From NCBI RefSeq assembly GCF_001194135.2, contig NC_068989.1, positions 49,021,187-49,085,186 of the forward strand: 64,000 bases of DNA, read 5' to 3'. A program made the translations under genes and the position numbers. The DNA comes from Octopus bimaculoides. Lineage: Eukaryota. Shown one piece after another: positions 1-14,574 of the stretch (positions are counted from its first letter, which is position 1; each line of letters starts with the position of its first letter). The notes under the pieces are model-generated. The model made no database searches, was not told the DNA's origin, and saw nothing but the letters and a program-made list of their open reading frames with translations.

Positions 1-182
1 AAAATCCTTTTATTTTCGTTACATTTCTTACATCATTTATTTTAAGTGATTGAAGAAAGAAACATTATATGACATGCATGTGTATTTGTGTGTGCACATG
101 TGAATGTTAAGCTATTCATTCCCCATTTTTACTTTAGATAATATTTTCAAAAATAACATGTTATTGCTCAGACGTTAAATAA

Positions 183-630
183 ACTGGTAGAACTTCTCAT
201 AAGGTAAGGGTATGCAAAGGCTCAATTACACAGAGTAGTCTTCTATACAGAGCTGAGACTTTGACAATGAAGAAGGAGCTTGAAAATCGTTTTGGTGTTA
301 TGTACACCAGACTTCCTACAAAGACATAAAACATCTTATGGCATAAACACATGACTAAAGAAGAGATTTATGAACACAGTTCACCCATTTCTATTATCAC
401 TGAACATAGGGTAGGCTTTACTGGTCACTGATATCATGCTGAATACTAACAAGCCATACCAGATGTTACATTTTGAAGATTTCTGCACCCCAGAGGACAA
501 AGACCACTGGACAACATTGATGCTAATGGCAGAGAAATAAAACATGAAATTAGGGAGCTTCCAAAGCTAATGAAGGGTAGAAATTCATGATGTATTGCAA
601 TGACGTGCATCTTGGTTGCAACCACTTGAA
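183..630 (+). mobile_element. Decayed RTE-clade LINE, C-terminal part of the RT ORF
   Basis: The frame through 201-590 reads KVRVCKGSITQSSLLYRAETLTMKKELENRFGVMYTRLPTKT*NILWHKHMTKEEIYEHSSPISIITEHRVGFTGH*...RELPKLMKGRNS*. This matches the RTE pattern LLYGxETW...xYTRxLR..LNIxW..H.TNEELY...R...GH...LM.DR, with several in-frame stops. Confidence 0.75.
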
Positions 631-1564
631 GAAAATATATCTCAGAGTTGAAGTGAGCTTCATTTGATAAAAGAATATAGTAATTTGTTTGAAGTTTTGC
701 AATATGTGTAAATGAAATAAATGCTTGAAGGAACCTTTGAGTTATGCAGGTGAGAAATTAACCAAAATATGTAAAGTGATGACAATGAATGCGTCAAAGA
801 GAAAAGACACCTTGCATAGGTTGTTTATTGATCCAATAATATTTCAAGAAAAATTTCCTTTTTTCAACTAGAAGAAAGAAAATAATCAATGAGTTCAGGT
901 TTCAGGGAAATGTACTGTCAGCAACAGGCCATTAATACAATATCTTTTCTCTTTGTTTTCATTCACTGACATCACTTTATATATTTTGTGTAATTGCAAA
1001 GGGATTTTTTTTCAAGTATCTCATTTAAGCTTTATTTGGTGCAACACATAACCTGCTTGGTTTATCCATTAACCTAAAATACTGATTGGAACTGATATAC
1101 TGAATATTAAACTTAAAAGGGACAAACTAAGCCTGGTAGCCTCTTCATGAATGAATGAACACTGTATCTTTATGATCTGTAGAGACTATCTATCAAAACA
1201 ACAAACTCCTTGGATGATGACCCTAAACTTATCCCAAGATATCTAAACACATGGTCAGATACATAATATTTCTGCTGTTGAAGCTATGCTTACTTGTGAT
1301 ACAAATTTATAGTTTGGTAGATTGCTTTATTGAAAATTAAATTATTTTTCCAGGTGCATAGTGCAGAAATAAAATGAATTCACTATTCAAGATTATTAAA
1401 ATGAACCATTAATATGATTAGTGATGACACGAACGACCTTTTGAAACTATATTTCATGAAAATGTTACACATAAGATACATTTGACTATTCATTAGGTTT
1501 GAACATTTATTAATTTGCTTTAGGCTTCAGCAAAAATATATATTTTACATTTAAAAAGATTGCA

Positions 1565-1705
1565 CATCTGTGGCTGTGGGTTAAAAAGTTCACTTTTGCA
1601 AGCATTTCATGTTCTACTCCTACAACATGGCATCTTTGGCAACTTCCTTTTCAGAGTGCCCAAAACCTTGTGGCAGAAATCTGGTACCATGGAAATATGT
1701 GAAGA
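1565..1705 (+). mobile_element. SINE family B (tRNA head + CORE-like box), degenerate copy
   Basis: tgtggctgtgggttaaaaagttcactt...ccttgtggcagaaatctggta aligns by eye with the better copies at 49631 and 54735-54901. Confidence 0.5.
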
Positions 1706-2494
1706 CCACTCAGAGGATCATTCTTGCTTTTAGGTGGTGGACTTAATCTGCCAGCCACTGTAACACTGCCTTGTGCGCCTTTAGTTGAGTCTACTCTGCT
1801 GAAAACATTCAGACCAAGTCTCTAGCCTGAAAGTAACATCTCCAACAGATTATGGTGGTCCTCAAAACAGTTATGGGCACTGCTTTACCCTCTTTGAATA
1901 AATCCATTGAAAACATCTACCACTGGTTACTCATTTGGATTATAAAAATATGGTGACAGGCTTGGCGTGTTGCAGGGGTTATGCTAAAGACATACATTTC
2001 CCAAGTTAACGAGGATCTGGTTAAATGACAGGTTAGACTTAATGGAGCAGCTAATCTTTCCACATAAAAAAAATATTGGTAAAATAGGCTGGTTAGTGTT
2101 GAGTGCTTAATGTCTCTTAAATTGTGGAATGCACTTTATGAAAAAGAGGAGGATGTTTAAAAGGGGAAGATTAAATTTGATTAGCAAGCTTCTAAAACAG
2201 GACAACATCAATTTCAAATTTTTGTTACTTGAAATCAAAAATGCTCCAACCCTTCCGAGAGTCCAATACTGTTTACAACATCATTCCAGCAATTGTTTTA
2301 GCAGTTCAGGTGCAAATCTGTATTGATACTTATATCCTTCTTGAATTATGCATGCCAATGTTGTAGAGAAGGCAATATCTTTTGCATGGACAACAGTCAA
2401 CACTCAATACTTACTAAAACCTTTTTCAAGGCCTCTGTGACAGGCCAAGTGATAGTGTTAATTTGGGTGATGAATTAAGTCTACAACAAAAATG

Positions 2495-2635
2495 ATTGAC
2501 AAGCCTTCACATACTTTCCAGTTATAAAATTTCAGTCACAAGGGTTTAGTTGCCCTGAAAAGACACTTAACCAAGGAGCCACACATTGGGACAGAACCAA
2601 AATGATATACGTTGCAAAGCAAACTTCTTAACCTC
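2495..2635 (-). mobile_element. SINE family B, degenerate copy
   Basis: ...cacaagggtttagttgccctgaaaagacacttaaccaaggagccacacattgggacagaacc...aaacttcttaacc matches the minus-strand family B head. Confidence 0.55.
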
Positions 2636-3237
2636 ACATCAATGGATGTACAATTTTTTTAATGTAAAATAGTATCAGCTGAGAAAGTCTATGTTCTTGC
2701 AATTAAGCCTCAAGTGAAAGTCATAAATGTTCAAGAATGATGAGTCAAATCTACTTGAAATATTACATATGCTTCATGATGTAGTTTCAAAAGGTCATTT
2801 ATTCCATCACTGAACATTTTAATGGTTCATTTTTAATAACCTTGAGCAATAAACTCATGTTAGTTTTGTCATTGATTCAGATATAAAAAATTCCAAAGAA
2901 AAAACAACTACTACTATTTAAAAACTTAAATTATCTTTCTGCAGACAGTATAAACTATGTTAATGAGGTCTCCTTTATATTGCTGCAGTGAGTGGTGGGG
3001 TTATATACACATAGAAAGAGGAGTGTAAGAGAGCTACATGATGACACAAAATACAAGGGAAACATGCCAGTAGTTGGGAAATATAGAGAGGCAAAGAGAC
3101 ACTTTTAGAGAAAGAAGTAGAGGAAGTATGAATATTTAGTGAAAAATTTAATTTAAAAATTTTGACAGAGGATGACAGAAAAAAATTTATTAGGAAAGAC
3201 AGGCCATGTTATTTTGTTGCCATTTCTCTCAATTAAG

Positions 3238-3300
3238 AAACATCATTATCATCAATTGTAAACATCATTATCATCAATTACAAGCATTATTATCATCTGT
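3238..3300. repeat. Short tandem repeat, ~22-bp unit x ~3
   Basis: aaacatcattatcatcaattgt / aaacatcattatcatcaattac / aagcattattatcatctgtaa. Confidence 0.8.
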
Positions 3301-4699
3301 AATTTAATATCTAGTTCTGAGCGGTTGGCATGAGTAAGATGAACGTGATTCCATTTGTTTACTTCAAAATATGCTTTTTAAAATCTTTATGATGTAATGT
3401 GTCATTTTCTACACAACTGTTCAATTACTTTAAAAGAATAAAATGTAATAACTCCCCTCCTCCTCTACTTCTTCCTCCTCCTCCAGCACCTTTTTCATGT
3501 ATGTATAAACATGCAAGTTTGTGTAAAACTTAAATTTTACCTTTTGTAACTGACATGACTTCACAATATCTAAAAGAAGCATGACTAAATTCTATTTACT
3601 TTAAGGCATTGCTTTTAAAGGAAAAGCAACAACAACAAAACAGAAAGGAAATGTACTGTATATGTTAGAAGTAAAATATAAAACATCAACAGATACATCT
3701 CTTGTAATTCTTAGAGAACAATCAAAATGATCTTGTTTTCTCTCTTTGTTTTTTCTTAAGACAAATTGAACCTGTCATTTGCTTACAGGTGTGATATGAT
3801 AAATTAATAAGATAAGTCTTAGTCATAAACCTCAGTCCATTTATTTAAAGTGAGGGTAAATGGCTACAATATCACTAGTCATCATTATTTCTAAATTAAG
3901 TTTACTCAAGAAATCTTACAACTTATTTCGCAATTACAAGTTTAAACATATTTCCAGTTCCAACGATCTCAAGAATGTCATATTCTCACTCATCCTCCTT
4001 TTGTAATTTGAACATGTTATGCAACAGCTTGTGTCTTCTGGCATAGATGGAATAAATTACATCACATTTAGATGTGTTACTTATGAATAAACAGCAGGGA
4101 GGTCAGTGACTTACATCCTGTCACTGACACACAATGTTGGTGATAAAATATAACAATTTTGCTATCTTTGCTACATGTATTGTTATAATTTCACATCGTT
4201 AACAATGCCAATTCTGACAACTTATATAATTAAACATTTTCATAACACTGAAGTGTGTTCTGTAAGAAAAGCAAGAGCCAATTCACTATTTTACTTTCAT
4301 ATATGCAGTCAACTTCTTATTTCATTGTTCCATGATTGATAAAATAAGTACGGGACTTAGAATCGATTACACTCCTCTATAAATTTGATACATAGTGTCA
4401 AATTGAAGAAGTATTACTAGTATCATTATCATCATACCTTCAATAGTTCCATACAAATTCATATTGTACAAACAGGTGCACTTCAATACTCCTGCAGTGT
4501 ATGCAGCAATGCCTTCTAGGAATATGATGCTGTTTGTATACTATCTCCTTTTTATTTTGTTATGGGATTTAGTTTGTTGTTTTTAGAGTTATTCTAAAGT
4601 TTTGTCTGTTGTATTTAATATATGCAATGTAATATTTTCTTGGATGATTTTGTCTTCTTTTTTTTCTCTTATGAGCTGTGTGACTGGTATTAGGTTTGA

Positions 4700-5050
4700 G
4701 TGTCAGGTTTTACAATAGAGCATTTAGTTAGTGTAGCATTTAGATTTAATGATTTGCAGTCATAGAGAATATGTATTATGTAAAGTATTGGGTTTATAGT
4801 GATGGATATCTGTAATATAAGAATGCATGTTATTTTATTGGCTGTTGATAGCGTAATGCATGGGTTGTGTGAATTGTTATTATACTGGGTTGCAATACTT
4901 AACACTGCTTCCAATGTCCAGGAATGTGGAAAGCTATCAAATGATTTTCTGTATACCTATTGCATTATTTCAGATTTCTTGACACACATAGTACAATCGT
5001 GTTATTTTATTGGGTAGTGATTATATAGGTAGTACTCCTGTTGACATAGG
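4700..5050 (-). mobile_element. Decayed non-LTR RT fragment, R4/Dong-like
   Basis: The minus strand around 4900-4965 reads YRKSFDSFPHSWTLEAVLSI, similar to the DY.KAFDSVPHSWI.E.L motif of R4/Dong-type RTs. The flanks are too decayed to align. Confidence 0.5.
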
Positions 5051-5258
5051 TATTGTTCTTACTTTTATGCCCACGTCACACGAACATCAATTTCAAGATA
5101 CTTGTATTTTGATAGTTTCTCCACCTCCCTATAGTTTATCTGTAACCAATGATGGCTTCATTCCACAGAATTGCTGATGGAGTTGGGGGTTTAGAAAAAT
5201 GATAGGAATAATGAGTTACTCAGGAAGATTCCTTTTTTATAGGTACAGGATTGCCTTT

Positions 5259-5320
5259 AAAACCCTTTAGCATTCAGATAACTCTGTCAAATGTAATGCT
5301 TAGTTATTCAGAATGTCACA
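5259..5320 (+). mobile_element. Fragment of TTAA-flanked MITE family G
   Basis: aaccctttagcattcagataactctgtcaaatgtaatgc is the left end of the complete copy at 52666. Confidence 0.7.
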
Positions 5321-6148
5321 AATTTAGCGGAAGAGTTCAATCAATTTAATATGTTCCAGTACAAAGATTGGACTTATTTGAACAACCTTGAAAAATGGAA
5401 GGGAAAGGTAACCAAATATGATTTGAACTCAGAATATAAAAAAATGCAACACCATATAGCAAAATATTTATCTAACATTCTATTATTTCTGCCATCAGCC
5501 ATACACCGCCATCTCCACCATAACAACAATAATAATAATAATGATAATAATAAAAGATAAAGGAATGGAGTGACATCAAAATGTTAATGTGCATACATTT
5601 GTATTTGTATACAGAATGTGTGTTTGTGTATGAATGTAAATGAAAGGTAATTTAGAGTATGGGTAAGGAAGCGAGAAACTAGCAGATTCTGCATGAAATG
5701 GCTTCTGATCAATCTAGGGAATATGATTAGTAATTTTTGGTGCCAAGACGACCAGCTTTATGCTTGGTGATATTGCATCAGAGAAATGGTTTACAAAGTA
5801 TGATAAATGAGAGACAATTAGATGACTTGTGCATTTATACCATTTCTATTTATTGCATAGTGCCAGAAATCCTTAGTTTATGAGTTAAAACATATCAGCT
5901 TCTTGTCTCCAGTACATGATTTTTGAAGTCTGAATGCATTTAGTTTTAGCTTCCTGCAAATTTCTTTTGAGCTAATCATGTTCTTTGCACATAATGTATG
6001 TGCACACATCCAAATATTCTTTAAACCAATAAAAAAGGTAAGTTATGCGCAAGTGCACACAAAAATACAAATACTCAATGAGAGCATGAGTTAGATTAGG
6101 GACATACACACACAACCATACACGTTTGCGTGTGTATATATGTGTATA

Positions 6149-6183
<35 letters not shown>

Positions 6184-6590
6184 NNNNNNNNNNNNNNNNN
6201 NNNNNNNNNNNNNNNNNNNNNNNNNNNNNNNNNNNNNNNNNNNNNNNNNNNNNNNNNNNNNNNNNNNNNNNNNNNNNNNNNNNNNNNNNNNNNNNNNNNN
6301 NNNNNNNNNNNNNNNNNNNNNNNNNNNNNNNNNNNNNNNNNNNNNNNNNNNNNNNNNNNNNNNNNNNNNNNNNNNNNNNNNNNNNNNNNNNNNNNNNNNN
6401 NNNNNNNNNNNNNNNNNNNNNNNNNNNNNNNNNNNNNNNNNNNNNNNNNNNNNNNNNNNNNNNNNNNNNNNNNNNNNNNNNNNNNNNNNNNNNNNNNNNN
6501 NNNNNNNNNNNNNNNNNNNNNNNNNNNNNNNNNNNNNNNNNNNNNNNNNNNNNNNNNNNNNNNNNNNNNNNNNNNNNNNNNNNNNNNNNN
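6184..6590. other. Assembly gap (N run) in a TA microsatellite
   Basis: Other gaps: 24148-24299, 25870-25969, 27780-27849, 28947-28956, 31062-31171, 37127-37166, 37645-37735, 57372-57503, 59915-60327. All have a (TA)n or (CA)n run on at least one side. Confidence 0.98.
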
Positions 6591-6785
6591 TATACATGTA
6601 TATATATACACACACACACATTTATATATATAATATATAGAAAAAGAAAGAAACACGCACACACATTTCCATGAAGGACGAGATAGTATAATTTAAAAAA
6701 GTTAAAAAGACAAAACAAATGATGTTTTAAAACATGCATGGCTGATAATTAATAAAATTAGAGACATCAAGATTAAAAGTGTGAA

Positions 6786-6786
<1 letters not shown>

Positions 6787-6840
<54 letters not shown>
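6787..6840. repeat. (TAA)n microsatellite
   Basis: Direct reading. Confidence 0.95.
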
Positions 6841-6845
<5 letters not shown>

Positions 6846-8217
6846 TAAGAATGAAAACACTAGTTATAGTAACCAAGATATTCAATAATTTGTCAAATTT
6901 TATGAGTAAACATGAAAACTCTGACAAAATCACCAAACTAACAAGAATTGGACATTTCTGATAATTCTGAAGTTCATTAATTCATTAATGAACTTCAGAA
7001 ATAATCAAAGTTCTTTTCATTTCTATATAATGATGCTTTCATATACACACATATTCTCTCCTCCCATTTCTCTCTCTCTCTCTCTTTTCCCACACTGGGT
7101 TGAATATTTTAATTATAATAATTATTCAAATGGTTCCTGTGAGTAAAAAGGGCTTTTTGTAATGTTATCTGCAATATTAGACATTAAGTTATACTTTTGA
7201 TGAAGGATGCAACTCTGTTTTGAGATGCAATTTGAGAACATGTAACATATATGGGTATAATTTTATTTCTAATACCACTTCCTTTAAAGAACATTTTATT
7301 GAAGTTCACCTGAAATACTACATAAATCTAATTATGTGCAGAATACTAATCCATTACACATGTAGGGAAATGATTCAAAATTAAGTAATTTGTTGTCCAT
7401 AAATTTCTGAAATTCTTAGATATTACATTTTATTTCAGTATTTATGTGTCTTTTAGGTGGTGTTAGAGTGGGAAAGAATGGTAGAAAGTTGAACAAAATA
7501 CTTCATAATACTTAACTTCATATTCCTACATTGTCTGTTGAAAGTATACCTTTTATTTCTTTTGTGGTCAGATCATATTTATTATGATATGGAGTAGTGT
7601 GGAGTTTTAAATTAAAATTCATGTAAACATTACTGGTACAAAATGTGACAACATAATGTCCAAAACAATGAGTAAGCCTCTATGTGATAGCTTAACTTGG
7701 TAGAAATAACAGCCAAATTTCCACAAATACCTTGCAGTTTTAGTAAAAGACATATATTGAACAATGTAATTCTACAGCATCCGAAGAATATGAGGTGTCA
7801 TGGTTGGAATGCCTTTGGACAAAAATATACTTTCGAGTTGACCCAAAGCTAAAGAAAAACAACAGAGTATTGTTGGTAAAGATAATTCTGAATACCTGAA
7901 GTAGCAAGTCTTTCAGGTGGGAAGACTGCTTTGAATAAGTATATGACATCCACATCATCTGTAAGTAATATTTGAAATCCTAAGAAATATGGAGTTAAAT
8001 AAATATAGTTACAATTAGGAAAGGAAAATAATTGACATTTCAGGCTTAGGAAAAGGAAGCAAGGAGTATTTTCTACCTGGGTGTAACATTAGTAATGGAG
8101 GCCAGAAATAGATAGAAAGAATATGGCTTCTGAGTCAAGAAGAATGGGAGCAGATGATGAGCAAAAGGTCAAACATGCAAAGGAATGACAGTTAACAATT
8201 CAATTAATGCCTGCCTC

Positions 8218-8248
<31 letters not shown>

Positions 8249-11200
8249 GCGTGTGCGCGCACTCACTTGCGAATGTGCATGGATATTGTGGTGGATATTC
8301 AGGTTAAATGTATAACCCCAAAATTCAATTTAGATACAACACTAGTTTTACTATTACACCAGAAGAAAATCACACCATGTCATTTTTAACACTGAACTTA
8401 TAAATTGTCCCCACTGCTCTTCTTCTAACCATTTTATTGTCCCTACATGCTGCATAAAATACTTTATAAATTCCTTCATCTTGACTTCTGCTACTCAGAG
8501 TAACTTTTTCCTAGCAATGAAAATGCTAACTTACAGTGCTTAAAAGATTTATTATACCAATCTCACATAATTTTCCAATTTTAGAATTCTTTTTCTTGTA
8601 GACACTGACTCACTTTGAATATGAACTTTGTATTTATGAGCCAACAAGAATGATTCTATGCCATTGCTTCAGCCCACTAGATATAGTGGTCAAATCTTCC
8701 TTACATCACACTCCACAATTAAAAAAGGAGATGGTCTGAGTAGTAACATTTTTAATCATAAGTCTATTTAATAAGAGCTGACATGGGGCTAAAGAACAAC
8801 AGCAGCTCGTTATTTAACATTCTTCATGTTTGAATAGGTGGAATGTCTTTTAGCTGCAGAAACTGCTTTTTACAGCTGGATGCTCTTTCTATCTATCACT
8901 GAACCATGAAGTTGTTGTCTCAGGCTTGAACTTACAGACACTGTACTGCAAGTATGAAGCATAACTTACAGCCCCTTAAAACTATGCTACTATACAAAAG
9001 ACAAATGAGAACTGTAGATGGTTGAATAAATTGGTTTTTGGTATATGGCTAGTTCAGTACTAAGTCCATGTCCAAGAAATTTCCACCAGGATACTTGTAG
9101 CTAAAATGCCAAAGTTATGGGATATGGCTTAGCAGTAACTATGCTTATTTATTTATGTTAAAAACGTGTTTTACTATTTCTTTGCCTGCTGGTAAGAGAA
9201 TTAATTAAAACAAAACCACAATGATTTCTTCTATTAAGGCTCAAATAAAAAAAAAATTCATTTCAGCTGTGTTTAAAACTAACAAAGTATCTGTCAGCTG
9301 CTCAGTCTGAATTGCATGCATCAATGAACTGTATCGCTCCATGGAGTTCCACAAATATGACAGTAAAACAACTAAATAAATGAATGTTTTCAATGCCATG
9401 AAGTGAACAAAATGAATCAATGCTTAACTTAGGTTTCATTGCATTAAGCAGCTGAAGAATAAATCTTATTTGGAATAAGACGTCCATCACTACAAAGTGA
9501 CATTCCTATGAGGTTTGGGACCAAATATTGATATATGTGGAATTAATAGCTCCATAGTTTCTCAGATATACATACCACAATGCTTGGAGTTGATTATGAA
9601 CCCAAGACCTATGAGTTGGTAATGTAATACCTTCTCTATTTGGACAGTTTTGCATTTATAGAGAAAAAAGTAAGAAAATAAAGAAGAAAGTAAATGTTAG
9701 TAAAGTATCACACTAACTGTAAACCATTCTATGGTTTGAAGATTTACAGTAAAGAGATTTAATCTTCATGAACAAGAATAAATAAATCAGAATTTTCCCC
9801 AACCACCTTCTGGCCCACCACTCATATTTTCAATCATACTGATACATCCAAAAAGGAATACATACATATACATATATATATATATATAATGTGCTCACAT
9901 ATCCCTCTCCTGCCTCTCACCAAAAACAACCAAACACGACAGTGTTCTGTGTTGAAATAGTATTATACGAGACATAATATTCATTGTCTTCTTATTTCAG
10001 CTGTGAGGTCAACATAGACAAACTAGAATATTACAGGAGTTAAGTGCATGTTCACTTCTAATACAGCTTCCATAATCATTCTTCTGATATCAGAGATTAA
10101 CTTTAAATCAAAAGCAACGTTAATGCTATCAGCTTGTTTTCCATTTCTTGTCCATCTGGGGGATTCTTCTTGCATTGCAATGCATACTTCTTCTAAGAGA
10201 TTGCCAATACATTATTTCCTATCTCCTTACTTTTTGGTTTGAGGAAATACACATACTCATACATACACAAGTTTGGTTTCATTCGTTATTTTAAAATTAT
10301 GCAATTCTTTTTTTTTTTCTAATCCTTCTTTTATTCATTTTATTGTTTTATTCAGTTTCTTTCCATCAAAATAATTGGAATTGTGCAGAACTAGAGTCTT
10401 AGAGCTTTCTTGTTTTTTTTTTCCCACTTCTGATTATAAATTTTTAAACAGTATTAAGAACCATTGTTCACCAATGTCTCTTATGTCTTCCTCTATCAAG
10501 CAAGCAAGCAAGCTAGGAAGCTTTGGAAGAGATAATACAAACTAAAATACATGTTTGCTAATACTCTTCTATCACTTTCATTTCTCTTATCTTTCTGAAT
10601 TATCAATCAATACTTTACCAAGTGAGAGTTTTGGTAGGCTTCAATATACCTCACTTGTATAAAAATATATGTGTGCACATAAATGCAGACCTTAGATAGA
10701 TTTATATATATATTTATATATGTTAAATCTCTAAACGAGGTGTAAACAGTAACTGCACGACAACGCATTTAAGTGGCAAATATACTTCACGTTTTATATA
10801 TATATATATGCACAGCTATAATATATTAAAAATACATTGATGACAGTAAAAACAACAATAAACTCCCTTAAATATACATACTCTCTAAACCACAAAAATA
10901 TAAGAGTTGGTTGCATATGTGATCCACTCAGCCATTTTATCTTTACTTTTTCCATTTCATTTTTATTTTAAAGGGAGATGTAAATATGGTAAATCACTGG
11001 ATTAATTACATTAGAGTATTTAGTAATGTGACTTTTATGTTATGCGTTCAGACCATTAGATTCAACTTAACACGCTATCTACTACCCAGGGACAAACTTA
11101 AAAGTACTAATACATAATATACTAGGCTCAGTTGAATTGGCCATACATTTACTCAGCAAATTTTGTCCTCTTGCCATTAAATGCTTAATAGTGTTTTGTT

Positions 11201-14200
11201 TCTTAATTTTATCCCAACAGTCATTTCAAATTAGATGGTAATTATGCCAGCATGGCAAGAAATATGACGGTTTAAAATCCTCATAAAAAGTGAAAGATAC
11301 TTCATAGCAACAGCACCCCAATGCTTCCAGCATCTTGCAATGCTATCAAATATCAGAAGCCACTTTATGCTTCTTTCTTCAACTATAAACAGCGTTTCTT
11401 CTTAGAATAACATCAATCATCACCGTCAACATCACTACCATCATTGTCTCCATCTCCATCATCAGTCATTATCATGATGATGATGACCATCATCATCATC
11501 ATCAACATCAGTACAATGTTGCAACAGCTAATATCTGCCAGTATAATCAACGGCTACACATGAGCATCTGTTTTAATTATCACTAACGCTAACATTAAGC
11601 AGTACTTTTATCTCAATCTATTGGAAAATTTAAAAGCTACCGGCCACGTTTACTCTTTGGAAGCAGGAACCTTTATAGTTCCCCTATTGCAACAGCTCTT
11701 ACGGTCATCTTTCATGCTGCAGTGCTCAACACAAGAAATAAATTTCACTGCCATGCACTGCTGTAATTTTTCAGTAATCTTTGAATGAAAAATCTTTTTA
11801 TGTTCATTAGCAGTAGAATCATTTCAACTTGCCCATAGACACTTAAATGTAAATCACAGACAGTTTTCAATATCTTAAAACTGTCATTAAAATATTCCTT
11901 TTATCACCATGGCTCTCTGCAATTTAGAAAATCATTATTTCCTTAGATTCTCCTTGACATCGGATTCTTTAAAGACATGTAAATCTACAGCCCTCCACTT
12001 TTACTGACCAAGCTGTTAGAATGCCATTTCATGGTACAAAAATCAAGTTCTTAACAAGCAACAACTTCCTTTGACTGCATGAGAAATACAACAACTAAGT
12101 AGACGCTGGTTCATTAGTGAGAAACAGCAACTACCAAAAGACTCCCAAAGTAGATTCCAGAAATAAAAAAAAGTAAATAAATAAAATTTTTATATTTTAT
12201 TCAAGTTGCAAATTTTTCTACTCTTAGATGCAATAATATTTAGACCTCCCCACATACACACACACACATTTAAATACATACATATATAACATACTTTCAT
12301 AAATAGATTTTCTTGTGTTATGCTTTTTTTTTTTATCATGAGACATATGTGAAAATCAATTTCTCTATATTTGTAGCTCTTCTCATACATTCTTTTTCTT
12401 ATCAATTACAGATTTAGTAAACATAGCAATCAGTGATTGGGAAGCTTCAAGCTAGCTTTGAAATCATTGGTGATATATTATGTATGTGTGTATGTACATA
12501 TACATTGTGTGTGTGTGTATGTACATACGTACACCCACACACATACATAAACACTCACTCACACACACACATGCACACACAAACTCACACACCTGCACTA
12601 AAACCTCTCCATATCTATTCTCTTATTCTTATTTCTCACCCAACCATTTCTTTCGGTTTTCCTTACATTAAAACACACCCTAACAATCAATATTTATTCC
12701 ACACAAATCAATCCCCCTTTCAACTACATCTATATCATCTTCCACCTCAGAGTTAACAAAAAAAAAAAAAAATCATTATAAAACGGAGGTTGTGATATGC
12801 ATCCTATTCAAATAAATATAAGCAAAGAGATCAAACACATGCAAAGCAGGTTGTAGTAGGAGTATAACCGATAACCAGCTATTATACTAAGAACAATTAT
12901 CTAAAACAGCAGGAAAAAATACTCCAAGGTATTTTGTTCCACACTTTAACAATTCTGTTGATCCAAAAATTTATTTCTTACACCTGTATTGAACCTTAGA
13001 GTTTATAGAAATAGCAGGTATTGAAACTTTCATGCCTTTCCAAAGGGTACCTATGATACATAATTAAGCAATTCTAATTGTGAAGTGAAGCTTGAAATTT
13101 CAAAACAGAAGATGGAAACTTATAATACTCTTGCCTTTTGTTAAGTCATCATTGAACATGAATTCATTCTAACAGTGAACTGCAAGTTGGCTACACAATA
13201 TAGCTGTTGAGATTTAATAACTATCATCAACAAAAATACTACTTCAGAAAAAACTTCATCTTAATGGAAAGAAAATTGCATTAAGTAGAAAATAATATGA
13301 TTTAACTTTTTTTTTTTATGAAGATTAGAATAAATATGTAAATACGTAAAATCTTATGATTAAAGTTTAATGTTGATTACTTCAAAATTTAATTCTAGCA
13401 CTTTAAAATGATATAGATGACCAGTCAGCAACATGCACCTGGCAATATGCCAAGCAGCCAGCAGTCCATAATCTACCACTCACAGTGTGTTGTAACTCAC
13501 GGCCTAGACAATTTTTTTTAATAGTCAAGTTCACCAAACCGTAAGTCAGTATCACAGTTTAATGAAGTGATGGTTATTGACATAAGATTCTATAATTTCT
13601 GTTTATGGTGGAGGCAGGAGTCTCATTTGTTCCCTCATCTGCTCCAGGCTTATTCAAATACTTTAGCATCTTTACTTTAGGATCTGTACAAGATGGATTA
13701 TTCAGCAGCAAGGCTCTTTTATGATGATGAACTGATGCTGAAGTCATTGTTATTGGCCTTATAGTATTTGCTTGCTCTACCTACTAACTGAAAGCTTTCC
13801 CTTTTACCAACTCAGTAAAGATTAGTTGCTTTGAAAGTCATTTGTCATGCATTCAGGAACTGTAAGTAGACCAGTACAGTTGGGATCTGCAGGGAAGAGT
13901 GTAGATACTAGGCAATATTATGCAACTGAAGTGGTCAGTGTCTGGAGCCTTGTCTCACCAATGAATGTGCAATATTTTGTCTACACAATTCAAATGAAAT
14001 CCTTTTGACATACTATAAACAGTTTACATCTCATTGATATATTTCACTAATGCCAATCAAACAAATTATTCAATTTTTTAGCATAATGTTGTTACCCATA
14101 TCAGCAAATGCCATCAGACCAGCCAAATCACTCAATGAATATCTGGCAGTAAAAAAAATGTAAATTTGTTTTAAAAAAAAATTGATACTGTATGTAATTT

Positions 14201-14226
14201 TACGGGCAACAACCAGGGTTGTCCTT

Positions 14227-14574
14227 GCAACATTATAACTAATGGCACTCTGTCAGTTATGATGACAATAGTTCCAGCTGATCCAATCAATGAAAGAGCC
14301 TGCTAGTAGAATTAACATGCAAGCAGCAGAGCACTCCACAGATACACATACCCTTAACATATTTCTCAGGGAGATTCAGCATGATACAGAATGTGATAAG
14401 GATGGCCATTTGTATTACTGTTACTACTCATTTTTGCTAGCTGAGTGGAAGGTGATTGGCTTAATGGCTAAGGTATTCAGCTCGCAATCATAAGGTCATG
14501 AGTTTAGTTCCTGGTGGCATGTTGCGTCCTTGAGTAAGACACTTTATTTCACATTTGCTCCAGCAACATTATAA
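14227..14574 (-). mobile_element. SINE family F with inverted 5' head and 12-bp TSD
   Basis: The body 14241-14450 is minus-strand as in the copy at 37180-37506, while the head 14451-14562 is on the plus strand. GCAACATTATAA occurs at 14227-14238 and 14563-14574. Confidence 0.85.

Noticed and set aside
5972-6739. Long ORFs in the supplied track spanning N runs (also ~24.1, 25.9, 27.8, 31.0, 37.6, 57.4 and 60.0 kb)
   Set aside because: Artefacts of N gaps and dinucleotide repeats (YI/CV/HT runs).
7731-7958. 228-nt segment with good minus-strand acceptor and donor
   Set aside because: All three frames contain stops; rescuing it needs a 47-nt intron with no other support.
10030-10200. Minus-strand open frame EEVCIAMQEESPRW...AFDLKLISDIRRMIMEAVLE
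   Set aside because: Protein-like, but no convincing donor site or family match. The same holds for 9240-9390 and 13550-13760.
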